Shown here one piece after another: positions 24,457-32,000 of a stretch of DNA of 32,000 nt. The position numbers and the translations under genes are program-made. Source of the DNA: Candidatus Jettenia caeni (GTDB lineage Bacteria > Planctomycetota > Brocadiia > Brocadiales > Brocadiaceae); NCBI GenBank assembly GCA_000296795.1, contig BAFH01000003.1, positions 1,747,290 to 1,779,289 of the forward strand. The letters are read 5' to 3'. Position 1 is the first letter of the stretch. Each line of letters opens with the position of its first letter. The notes under the pieces were generated by a model. It was not told where the DNA came from. It searched no databases and worked only from the letters and a program-made list of their open reading frames with translations.

Positions 24457-24768
24457 ATGCTATTTTTATTAAAAGTTGAAATAAAGCAGATGCCCCCTTT
24501 GCCGGTAAAAGACTTTTTGGAATATGTTATAAAAGAATGGGAATATTTTTCACGATTTCAAAGGCGTGGTAAGATTATAGCGGGTGGGAAATTAGCTGGT
24601 AAGAGGGGGGCTGCGGCTATAATCGATGCTGAATCCAATGAAGAGATGGAAGATATCGTCTCAAAATTACCGCTCTTTCCGTTCTTTACCGATATAGAAA
24701 TCACGCCTCTTGTGCCTATGGAGAAGGCGCTTCTGGATACCAAGAGGATTCATTCGCTGATGAAGTAG
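24457..24768 (+). CDS. Muconolactone delta-isomerase-family small protein
   Basis: 103 aa. MLFLLKVEIK... at the N-terminus and AAIIDAESNEEMEDIVSKLPLFPFFTDIEITPL closely parallel the CatC-type pattern as I recall it (MLF.V.m......a..iFDv.S.eel..il..LPLFPymdieV.PL). Confidence 0.65.
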   Translation: MLFLLKVEIKQMPPLPVKDFLEYVIKEWEYFSRFQRRGKIIAGGKLAGKRGAAAIIDAESNEEMEDIVSKLPLFPFFTDIEITPLVPMEKALLDTKRIHSLMK

Positions 24769-24773
24769 CGGCG

Positions 24774-26066
24774 TTAATGTTGAGGGTGGTCCGTATGATG
24801 GAAAATTCCAAATAACTTTTTGATGGTTTCTACGTATCGATATCCACCTCCGTTTTTCGCCTCTTGTTTTGCTACCTTTGCCGGGTGGTGAAGGAGTTTG
24901 TTAATGGTACGTTCAATAGCATAAACAACTTGTTCCCATTCTCCATCTTGCATGTTTTTCAGTTTTGGTTTTAAACGATTTAACTCTTCCCTGCCGATTG
25001 CATGGAAATGATTCCGCAACAGGGTTATTGCAGGTTCTATCTTTATTTCCTCCAGCTTTGCCATAAAATGTTCTACTTCCTCTTCAATAATACTACGGCA
25101 TTTTTCTATCTCTCTGGTTCGCTCATCGATGTTTTGGCTTACGACAGATTGTAAATCATCAATGTTGTAGAGATATACATTGTCAATTTTGGCAACATCA
25201 GGTTCAATGTCCCTTGGAACAGCGATATCTATGAGGAATATAGGATTTCCCCTCCGGTGTTTGATGGCCTCTTTTATCTGCTGGGCATGAATCACATAGT
25301 GAGGAGCGGAGGTGGAGCTGATAATAATATCAGCCTTTGCGAGATATTCTCCCAGTAATTCATATTTAATGGCCTGGCCATGATATGTGTGAGCAAGTTC
25401 CTGTGCACGTTCAAATGTGCGGTTTGCAACCACGAATGTACGCGCTCCTTCTTCATACAGATGCTTTATGAGGAGTTCGCACATTTCACCGGCGCCTACC
25501 ACGAGAACCATTTTTCCGGTAAAATCCTGAAATATTTTCTCGGCAAATTCTACTGCTACAGAACTTATAGAGACCTTTCTCTTTCCAATGGAAGTTTTCG
25601 TATGCACGATTTTAGCGACATTGAGCGCCTGCTGAAATAGCTGATTAAGAACCTTTCCCGTGGATTCCTGCAAAGACGCTATGGTGTAGGCTTCTTTAAC
25701 CTGCGACAGGATTTGTGATTCTCCTAATACCATAGAATCAAGGCTGGTAGTGACAAAGAAAAGATGATTAACCGCCCGGTCATCCTTGTTATGGTACATA
25801 TAAGGGGAAAAAACAGGTAACTCAACCTTGTGGAAATCAGCAAGGAATGAAAGGACATCCTCTGCCTGAATAGCGCCATCCAGAGAGGATACATATATTT
25901 CAACACGGTTACAGGTCGATAAGATAACAGCTTCTGCCTTTTGATATTTTTGGAGAAAATAAGATAAAGCAGTGGGAATATTATTAGCATTAAAAGCAAG
26001 TTTTTCTCTAACCTCTACAGGGGCTGATTTATGGTTCAACCCTACAACTAAAATACTCATGTCCAA
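24774..26066 (-). CDS. hemA: Glutamyl-tRNA reductase
   Basis: 430 aa. ILVVGLNHKSAPVEVREKLAF, catalytic-Cys motif STCNRVEIY, NADPH-binding VLVVGAGEM, and the dimerisation tail. Confidence 0.95.
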   Translation of the reverse strand: MDMSILVVGLNHKSAPVEVREKLAFNANNIPTALSYFLQKYQKAEAVILSTCNRVEIYVSSLDGAIQAEDVLSFLADFHKVELPVFSPYMYHNKDDRAVNHLFFVTTSLDSMVLGESQILSQVKEAYTIASLQESTGKVLNQLFQQALNVAKIVHTKTSIGKRKVSISSVAVEFAEKIFQDFTGKMVLVVGAGEMCELLIKHLYEEGARTFVVANRTFERAQELAHTYHGQAIKYELLGEYLAKADIIISSTSAPHYVIHAQQIKEAIKHRRGNPIFLIDIAVPRDIEPDVAKIDNVYLYNIDDLQSVVSQNIDERTREIEKCRSIIEEEVEHFMAKLEEIKIEPAITLLRNHFHAIGREELNRLKPKLKNMQDGEWEQVVYAIERTINKLLHHPAKVAKQEAKNGGGYRYVETIKKLFGIFHHTDHPQH

Positions 26067-26115
26067 TCCTTAGTCAAATAGAAACGATATAGAATTTCGG
26101 TTGCAGCCTAATTTT

Positions 26116-26985
26116 TTATTGAATATGTAAAATCTTTGTATGAGATTGTTCGTTGACATTCTGAAAGGCATGTTTGGATCCCATAAAGAAGGTACCGATA
26201 AAGGTAAAAAGCACAAGGCAAAAACCTGCAATAGTCAAACATGCGATCTTTGTGCCATGAAAAGATGCGACAAGGCGCATATGCAACAGCGCTGCGTATA
26301 TGAGCCAGGTTGCCAAACCAAGAATAACCTTGTAATCCAAATACCACATCTCGCCTAAAATATTTTGTGTTTTTACCCAAAAAGTACCGAATACAAGTCC
26401 TAAGGTAAGGAGAGGAAAGCCAAAAGAAATTGTTTTCCACATAAGCTTGTCAATTCCTTCCAATGAGGGCAATCTATTAAAAAGAGGGCCAAATAGCTTA
26501 TGTTTTAATTGTCTTTGCTGCGTTAAATACATGATACTCAGGCTAAAGGATATGGTAAAGGCGGCGTATCCTACAAATATGGGGATAATATGCGCTATAA
26601 GCCAAAAGTTCTGAAGATGTACGGTAATGAGCAGATTTCCCCCATCAAATGTAAGCGCCCATAGTGAAAGCGCTGTAACAACAGGCATTAAAAAAGTATC
26701 TAAAGAGGGTAATTTGTAAAGATAATCCAGATTGATGTAAACAAAGAGAATGCACCAGAGTAATGATATGAAGGATTCGTATACATTGGTTATCGGGATA
26801 TTGCTCGATTCAAAACCCAGGAATACCAGAAAACCGCTGTGAATAAAGAATCCCATCATCATAGACCACTTAACTACTTTCCTATTGAAAGCATGTGGTT
26901 TTACGATGGATCCTATAGACCATACCGAAGATATGAAATAGAGGACTATAACAATTATAAAAGGAATATGTGGTAACGATATCAT
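26116..26985 (-). CDS. CcsA/HemX-family cytochrome c assembly-like integral membrane protein
   Basis: 289 aa, polytopic and hydrophobic. The region GTFWVKTQNILGEMWYLDYKVILGLATW aligns to the CcsA W-rich (WWD) segment but is degenerate. The gene lies 49 nt upstream of hemA, as in hemA-hemX type arrangements. Confidence 0.7.
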   Translation of the reverse strand: MISLPHIPFIIVIVLYFISSVWSIGSIVKPHAFNRKVVKWSMMMGFFIHSGFLVFLGFESSNIPITNVYESFISLLWCILFVYINLDYLYKLPSLDTFLMPVVTALSLWALTFDGGNLLITVHLQNFWLIAHIIPIFVGYAAFTISFSLSIMYLTQQRQLKHKLFGPLFNRLPSLEGIDKLMWKTISFGFPLLTLGLVFGTFWVKTQNILGEMWYLDYKVILGLATWLIYAALLHMRLVASFHGTKIACLTIAGFCLVLFTFIGTFFMGSKHAFQNVNEQSHTKILHIQ

Positions 26986-27066
26986 ATCCTAAATAATTTA
27001 AGAGATAAACATTCATTAATCAACCAAAATCTTAAAACATCATCTTGATTTTTGCATTTTTTTTAT

Positions 27067-27095
27067 TTGACAAAGGCACGGTTGTCCGATAACCT
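27067..27095 (+). promoter_or_regulatory. Possible sigma-70 promoter TTGACA-N17-TAACCT for the Fe-S/sulfur operon
   Basis: ttgaca at 27067-72, a 17-nt spacer, and taacct at 27090-95. About 60 nt upstream of the ATG at 27156. Confidence 0.3.
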
Positions 27096-27155
27096 AGGAT
27101 TCTGTCGTACTATGAACGTAATTATCTGAAATAATGTTCATAATAAGGAATTATC

Positions 27156-27380
27156 ATGGATGAAAATATAAAGAAGATAACGAAAAAGACCAGTATTGGG
27201 GATGTGATTAAGCAATATCCTGAGACGGAACCTGTTATAAAAAAATATTTCGGTTCCGGTTGTTTTACATGTCCAGGCTCAAAGATGGAAGATATTTCAT
27301 TTGGCGCCACGATGCATAATATTGATCCTGAAGTAATTATTAAAGAATTGAATGAAGTTATTAATAAGAAAAAGAGTTAA
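27156..27380 (+). CDS. DUF1858 / hybrid-cluster-protein-associated redox-disulfide-type small protein
   Basis: 74 aa. IGDVIKQYPETEPVIKKYFGSGCFTCPGSKMEDISFGATMHNIDPE has the CxxC and overall pattern of this family. Confidence 0.6.
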   Translation: MDENIKKITKKTSIGDVIKQYPETEPVIKKYFGSGCFTCPGSKMEDISFGATMHNIDPEVIIKELNEVINKKKS

Positions 27381-27412
27381 CTATTTCATAACATAATCAA
27401 GGAGATTGATCA

Positions 27413-27631
27413 ATGAGAGAAAAAGTAGAAGAAGCGCTTAATCATATTAGACCTGCGCTCCAGGCGGATGGCGGTGATATTGAATTAGTGGATATAGAGG
27501 GAGGTGTTGTGAAGGTGCGTCTGAGAGGGGCTTGTGGAACTTGCCCAAGTGCGCTCATGACGCTAAAGTATGGTGTGGAAGAACGTCTTAAAGAAGAGAT
27601 CCCTGAAGTAGAATCTGTGGAACTTGCATAG
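27413..27631 (+). CDS. NifU C-terminal (Nfu-like) Fe-S scaffold/carrier domain protein
   Basis: 72 aa. IRPALQADGGDIELVDIEGGVVKVRLRGACGTCPSALMTLKYGVEERL with the CxxC motif. RBS aaggag upstream. Confidence 0.85.
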   Translation: MREKVEEALNHIRPALQADGGDIELVDIEGGVVKVRLRGACGTCPSALMTLKYGVEERLKEEIPEVESVELA

Positions 27632-27795
27632 TTTGGCTTCATTTTGCTGCATAGTTTACCGCAGAGTTATGGAAAATCTTATAGAAAAGATAACAAATGA
27701 ATTGTGTGCTTCTTTAAGAAAAACAAATTCTTGTATTGCATTATCCTCTGCGGTAGGCTTATCCTTATGAGAATACTACTATTAAGGAGTTTTAC

Positions 27796-28473
27796 ATGAG
27801 TTTAGTACTTGGCCCCATACATCATTGGATGTACGGGAAAATAAAAACCACGGAGGCGCGGGAGTCTGCCATTATTTCTGCATTTAAATCAAAGTACGGT
27901 GCAGAAGCGGATGATCTTCTTGTACAGGTATATAAAAAGTATCCAAAATCGAGTGTTAACAAACCGCTTGAAGAATTATTGGCCAACAAATCAATTCATC
28001 AGGGAATACAAAGCCTCATTATAGAGGTGGAGACGAGAGAAGCTGCTGTGATTGCTGCTTTCTGTTCCAAATATCATGATGCTGCAAAAGTAGCCGCAGA
28101 GGCTGCGCATAAACACGGAATAACCTGTGGTAAAGAGGCCATCAAGAGCAAAGGACTATCAGGAGCCGATTGCAACAATACATCAAAAGCATTTGAGGTA
28201 ATGGGAGATTATCACAGTGATGGGATGCCCTGTGACCGGGGAGCGCAGATAATATCAGAATCTGACAAACGTACCTTATGGGATCACGAAAGTTGTATTC
28301 ATGAGCAATACTGGAAGAACGCAGGAGCAGATTTTTTAACCATGTGTACTATCATTAATGAATGGATCGCAGGGTTTGGCGAAGGAATACAGAGTAAGAT
28401 CAGATATAAGAGAGAAAAAGCTATTGCAGCAGGTGATCCATCCTGTTTAGGTAGTTTCGAAATTAAAGACTAA
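27796..28473 (+). CDS. Hypothetical Cys-rich protein with an internal helical repeat
   Basis: 225 aa. RBS aaggag upstream. Repeated segment TEARESAIISAFKSKYG / ETREAAVIAAFCSKYHD. The C-terminal half has conserved-looking Cys/His (MPCDRG, HESCIHEQYW, TMCTI, GDPSCLGSFEI). I recognise no family with confidence. Confidence 0.5.
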   Translation: MSLVLGPIHHWMYGKIKTTEARESAIISAFKSKYGAEADDLLVQVYKKYPKSSVNKPLEELLANKSIHQGIQSLIIEVETREAAVIAAFCSKYHDAAKVAAEAAHKHGITCGKEAIKSKGLSGADCNNTSKAFEVMGDYHSDGMPCDRGAQIISESDKRTLWDHESCIHEQYWKNAGADFLTMCTIINEWIAGFGEGIQSKIRYKREKAIAAGDPSCLGSFEIKD

Positions 28474-28480
28474 ATAAGGC

Positions 28481-29506
28481 ATGTCAGAACGTTATGTCCG
28501 GCAGACAATGTTTTATGGTATAGGCACTCATGGCCAAAAAATACTTATGGATAAGTCTGCCGTGCTTATCGGTTGCGGTGCCTTAGGCTGCACCTCAGCA
28601 AACCTTCTTGTCCGCAGCGGAATTGGATGCCTGAAAATTGTAGACCGTGATTATATTGAAGAAAGTAACTTGCAACGCCAATCGTTATTTGACGAAGAAG
28701 ATATAAAAAAAAACCTCCCCAAATCTGTCGCCGCACAAAAAAAACTTCAAGCAGTGAATTCCCATATCCGGATTGAATCCTGTGTTGCTGACCTTAATCC
28801 ATCGAATATAGGATCCCTTTTAGAGAATACCGATATTGTTATTGATGGAACTGATAATTTTGAAACACGGTTCCTGATAAATGATTATTGTGTGAAAAAA
28901 GAGATACCCTGGATTTATGGGGCATGCATCGGATCTGTGGGTTTAATCATGGATATTGTTCCGTCAAAAACGCCCTGTTTGCGGTGCCTGCTTGAGCATA
29001 TCCCGCCTTTTGGTACCACAGAAACATGCGATACGGCAGGGATTATTGCACCCATTGCCAGTATTATTGCTTCTATCCAGGTAGCAGAAGCATTAAAGAT
29101 CTTAACAAACAACTTTGATGCCTTAAATAACGGTCTTTTAAAGATAGACATCTGGCAAAATGAGATAAAAAGATTGCATATCGGGGATATCAAAAGGAAG
29201 TCTGACTGTGTAACATGCAAACAACATTATTATGAATTCCTGTCCAAAGATAACTATTCAATGGCCACCTCTTTGTGTGGCAGAAATGCCGTACAAATTT
29301 TACATCCCAACAGATCAAAATTAGATTTAACGCAGCTTGCAGCACGACTTGAAAAAGTGGGAACAGTCTCTTTTAATAATTTTTTATTACGGTTAAAGAC
29401 AGAAAAATATGATATAACAATATTTCCTGATGGGCGCTCAATTATTTCTGGCACAAATGATATGTCTTTAGCAAAAGGGCTTTACGCAAAATATATAGGA
29501 ATGTAA
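28481..29506 (+). CDS. ThiF/MoeB/HesA-family E1-like adenylyltransferase with a C-terminal extension
   Basis: 341 aa. RY.RQ start, nucleotide loop LIGCGALGC, DRDYIEESNLQRQ, and zinc-type CxxC pairs (CLRC, CVTC). The extra roughly 90-aa C-terminal domain ends IFPDGRSIISGTNDMSLAKGLYAKYIGM. Confidence 0.85.
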   Translation: MSERYVRQTMFYGIGTHGQKILMDKSAVLIGCGALGCTSANLLVRSGIGCLKIVDRDYIEESNLQRQSLFDEEDIKKNLPKSVAAQKKLQAVNSHIRIESCVADLNPSNIGSLLENTDIVIDGTDNFETRFLINDYCVKKEIPWIYGACIGSVGLIMDIVPSKTPCLRCLLEHIPPFGTTETCDTAGIIAPIASIIASIQVAEALKILTNNFDALNNGLLKIDIWQNEIKRLHIGDIKRKSDCVTCKQHYYEFLSKDNYSMATSLCGRNAVQILHPNRSKLDLTQLAARLEKVGTVSFNNFLLRLKTEKYDITIFPDGRSIISGTNDMSLAKGLYAKYIGM

Positions 29507-29512
29507 TACATC

Positions 29513-30661
29513 ATGATCTATCTCGATAATGCAGCAACGACATTTCCAAAACCGGAAATTGTCTATAAGACAATGAACACATTCTATCGGACCTTAGGTG
29601 CGAACCCCGGCCGCTCGGGTCATAGGATGGCTGTGGCAGCAGAAAAAGAAATTGAGGATACACGCAGTGTTGTTGCACAATTATTTGGTATTAAGGATTC
29701 GCGGCGATTTATTTTTACGTTTAATGCCACTGATGCGATAAATATGGGAATTAAAGGATTACTCAAAACGGGCGACCATGCCATTACAACTCATCTTGAA
29801 CATAATGCTGTATCCCGGTCTCTTTATAGTCTTGAGAAAAAGGGCATCATCACAATAACCAAGGTTAAAAATTCTCCGGAAGGTCTTATTGATCCAAATG
29901 ATATTAAGACTGCTATTACGTCCAAAACCCGATTAATCGTTATGGCGCATGCTCCTAATGTTCTGGGTACGATTCAACCAATTAAGGAAATTGGCTGCAT
30001 TGCAAGAGAACATGATATTTTGTTTATGGTAGATGCTGCTCAAACGGCGGGGGTATGTGAAATTGATGTTAATAAATATGCCATCGACATGCTTGCCTTT
30101 ACAGGACACAAGGGTACGTTAGGGCCAACAGGGACTGGCGGATTGTATGTAGGAGAGCGATTAACGCTTGACCCCTGGCGGGAAGGCGGTACAGGTTTTG
30201 AGCCTGCATCATTATCACAACCGGAAGAGTTACCGTTCAAACTCGAGAGTGGGACACCCAATACGGTGGGTATAGCAGGTCTGAGGGCCGGTATTGAATA
30301 TATTGCATCCACAGGTATTCACACCATCAGAATGCATGAACAAAAATTAATCAATAAACTCATACAGGCACTAAAAGATGATCAGCGTTTTATCCTGTAT
30401 GGAACACAGGAGATATCGAAGAAAGTAGGCATTCTTTCTCTCAATGTAAAAGGATTTAAGCCGGCGGAGATTGGAGCCATCCTTGATCAGTCTTTCGATA
30501 TTGCGGTGCGTCCGGGTCTTCATTGTGCTCCTTTTGCACATCAGATGATGGGGACATTTCCCAATGGAACCGTAAGGATAAGCCCCGGATGTTTTACTAC
30601 AGAGGAAGAGATAGATCAACTCATAGCTGCATTCGGTCAAATTGCGAGTGAGGAAATATAA
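29513..30661 (+). CDS. Class V aminotransferase-fold cysteine desulfurase-family protein (short N-terminus subtype)
   Basis: 382 aa. IYLDNAATT start, PLP-Lys context FTGHKGTLGP, and catalytic-Cys loop VRPGLHCAP. Confidence 0.85.
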   Translation: MIYLDNAATTFPKPEIVYKTMNTFYRTLGANPGRSGHRMAVAAEKEIEDTRSVVAQLFGIKDSRRFIFTFNATDAINMGIKGLLKTGDHAITTHLEHNAVSRSLYSLEKKGIITITKVKNSPEGLIDPNDIKTAITSKTRLIVMAHAPNVLGTIQPIKEIGCIAREHDILFMVDAAQTAGVCEIDVNKYAIDMLAFTGHKGTLGPTGTGGLYVGERLTLDPWREGGTGFEPASLSQPEELPFKLESGTPNTVGIAGLRAGIEYIASTGIHTIRMHEQKLINKLIQALKDDQRFILYGTQEISKKVGILSLNVKGFKPAEIGAILDQSFDIAVRPGLHCAPFAHQMMGTFPNGTVRISPGCFTTEEEIDQLIAAFGQIASEEI

Positions 30662-30780
30662 TCAGGCAGGAAGGATGAGGTTTTTGCAAAAAAGCGTAAA
30701 GATATAGCTGTTTTTATTATAGTATTCTTCAGTTTCATCTATTGGATGCTATAATTTCACAATAAAATAATATTTTCTGT

Positions 30781-30810
30781 TTGCATTATTTCCTTTTGTT
30801 CATGTATAAT
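30781..30810 (+). promoter_or_regulatory. Possible sigma-70 promoter TTGCAT-N18-TATAAT
   Basis: ttgcat at 30781-86 and tataat at 30805-10. An extended -10 TGcTATAAT also occurs at 30747-55. Both lie upstream of the ORF at 30991. Confidence 0.3.
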
Positions 30811-30990
30811 CCACGTTCGATAGGCAGATAGGTTGTTCGCTTAGATAATTTACAAGTCATTTTTTGTCTGATTTGGTTTTATAGGTTTTGCTCTTTTCTG
30901 GAAGTGAAGTACTTAAGAATAATTGTAGTTTGAGGTATCATGTATAAACTTTGTATATATCGGGAAACTATAATATCCTAATACGGTAAA

Positions 30991-32000
30991 GTGAATAATC
31001 TAATAAAATATTTTAAGACAACATCCTTATCCTTCGTAGTTTTTTTTGCAGCTTTTTTTATAGCTGCCAATCCAAATGCTTATTCTTTTGACTATCACGA
31101 GCCAGTTCTCTCAATTACCAACTTTCTTGATTCACTCTCGTATGATTATAAGGGTTTTAACATAAAACTTACAGGAATATCAGTTGGTGAGACCTATGAT
31201 GATAATGTTACCTTTGAAAATGAGAATGAAGAAGACGATTTTATAACGGATGCGAGTATCGGATTCGGTATAAGCTACGTGGGTAAAGCCAGTAGTTTTG
31301 AATTGGTGGGTAATTTACACAGTCAGGCATTTATGAAGAATAATGAATTCAACAATATCTCTGAAGACATTGATTTTAGTTTTAATCATGAATTCTCAGA
31401 AAATGATCGCTTGAGTGTAAAAAATTTCTTTGTTTATTCAGAGGCTCCTCTCTTTTTCCGGGATGACTTTTTTGATGAGCAGTTTGTAAGAGAAGGGGGA
31501 CGATTTAAACATTATACAAATCGTTTCAATATTGACTATACAAAGGATATCAGCAAACAGATTTCTGTTACCGTACGATATATGAATGATCTAAACGCAT
31601 TTTCTGAGGTTGATATACAAACTTCATATCTCAATAGTGGGGGTTTTGAAATAGGTTACTTATTAAGTTCTGCTACCCGTTTCTCTGTATCGTATGATAT
31701 CCTTCACAGACAATTTGAAAATGCTGAGGATGCCTTAGTAAACACCATTACTACGGGAATAAGGCAATATATAACGAAAAAGCTTTATTTTGATGGTGGA
31801 GTTGGTGTCGATTTTATAGATTCTTTTGACGATAAAAACTACACCAGACCGCTTTATTTCGCATCAGTTACGTATGAAGTAGATGAAAGAACGAGTGCAG
31901 GCATTTCATTCTTAAAGAAAAATAGTACCAATGCTTATACCGCAGATATTTTTAATGAGTGGAGGACAGCAATTAACTTCGAACGGCAAATTTTAGAAAG
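30991..32000 (+). CDS. Secreted/outer-membrane beta-barrel-like protein, 3' end outside window (not in the supplied ORF track)
   Basis: I translated it manually. GTG at 30991 follows an in-frame TAA at 30979-81, and the frame stays open for 336 codons to the window edge. The N-terminus VNNLIKYFKTTSLSFVVFFAAFFIAANPNAYS looks like a signal peptide. The body is rich in alternating aromatic/polar strands (ISVTVRY, FEIGYLL, RFSVSYD, LYFDGGVGVDF, ASVTYEV). Confidence 0.65.
   Translation, partial: MNNLIKYFKTTSLSFVVFFAAFFIAANPNAYSFDYHEPVLSITNFLDSLSYDYKGFNIKLTGISVGETYDDNVTFENENEEDDFITDASIGFGISYVGKASSFELVGNLHSQAFMKNNEFNNISEDIDFSFNHEFSENDRLSVKNFFVYSEAPLFFRDDFFDEQFVREGGRFKHYTNRFNIDYTKDISKQISVTVRYMNDLNAFSEVDIQTSYLNSGGFEIGYLLSSATRFSVSYDILHRQFENAEDALVNTITTGIRQYITKKLYFDGGVGVDFIDSFDDKNYTRPLYFASVTYEVDERTSAGISFLKKNSTNAYTADIFNEWRTAINFERQILE

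Noticed and set aside
24766-24776. Convergent stop codons of the isomerase-like gene and hemA only 5 nt apart, with no terminator
   Set aside because: Noted as an oddity (possible transcriptional read-through or antisense overlap). Tight convergent packing is common, though, and nothing in the sequence indicates a specific mechanism.
26108-26440. 110-aa minus-strand ORF overlapping the 3' part of the CcsA-like gene in another frame
   Set aside because: The 289-aa frame gives a coherent polytopic membrane protein. The alternative frame has no motif support.
27634-27648. TGGCTT-catt-TTGCT sigma-54-like element after the Nfu gene
   Set aside because: The GG-to-GC offset is 11 nt rather than 12, and sigma-54 spacing is strict. 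A 10-nt long-range inverted repeat taccgcagag/ctctgcggta (27657-66 and 27747-56) flanks the spacer, but I recognise no riboswitch-like conserved core.

Overview
AT-rich bacterial chromosomal window (roughly 40% GC by eye) with no rRNA, tRNA, CRISPR array or transposase that I can support. It has two contrasting halves.

Left half (1-15.3 kb): a signal-transduction island, all on the + strand. It holds a truncated PAS histidine kinase, a cytoplasmic Nas/Nap-type bis-MGD molybdoenzyme, a paralogous PAS histidine kinase and two tandem paralogous REC-PAS-AAA+ sigma-54 enhancer-binding proteins. These are followed by a PAS/HD-GYP c-di-GMP phosphodiesterase, a small zinc-ribbon protein and a PAS/GGDEF diguanylate cyclase. 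By my coordinates about one third of this half is non-coding. The non-coding DNA is packed with several families of palindromic REP-like repeats, including a tandem array of hairpin modules. It also carries two good sigma-54 (-24/-12) promoter candidates in front of the two c-di-GMP genes.

Right half (15.3-32 kb): tightly packed, under 10% non-coding. It contains the most interesting feature, a non-canonical fatty-acid/polyketide-like cluster. In gene order the cluster encodes:
- holo-ACP synthase
- a B12-binding radical SAM enzyme
- an inserted coiled-coil/PD-(D/E)xK-like gene
- an active ketosynthase
- a ketosynthase paralog lacking all three catalytic residues (CLF-like)
- a FadH-like 2,4-dienoyl reductase
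- a crotonase
- FabG
- a muconolactone-isomerase-family protein

This gene content resembles the radical-SAM-containing FAS-like clusters proposed for ladderane or other unusual lipid biosynthesis in anammox planctomycetes. The product and the source organism cannot be established from sequence alone.

Downstream of the cluster are:
- hemA plus a CcsA/HemX-like gene on the minus strand
- a sulfur/Fe-S module: DUF1858 redox-disulfide protein, Nfu-like protein, Cys-rich unknown, ThiF/MoeB-like E1 and class V cysteine desulfurase
- a 3'-truncated outer-membrane beta-barrel-like ORF that the supplied ORF track does not list
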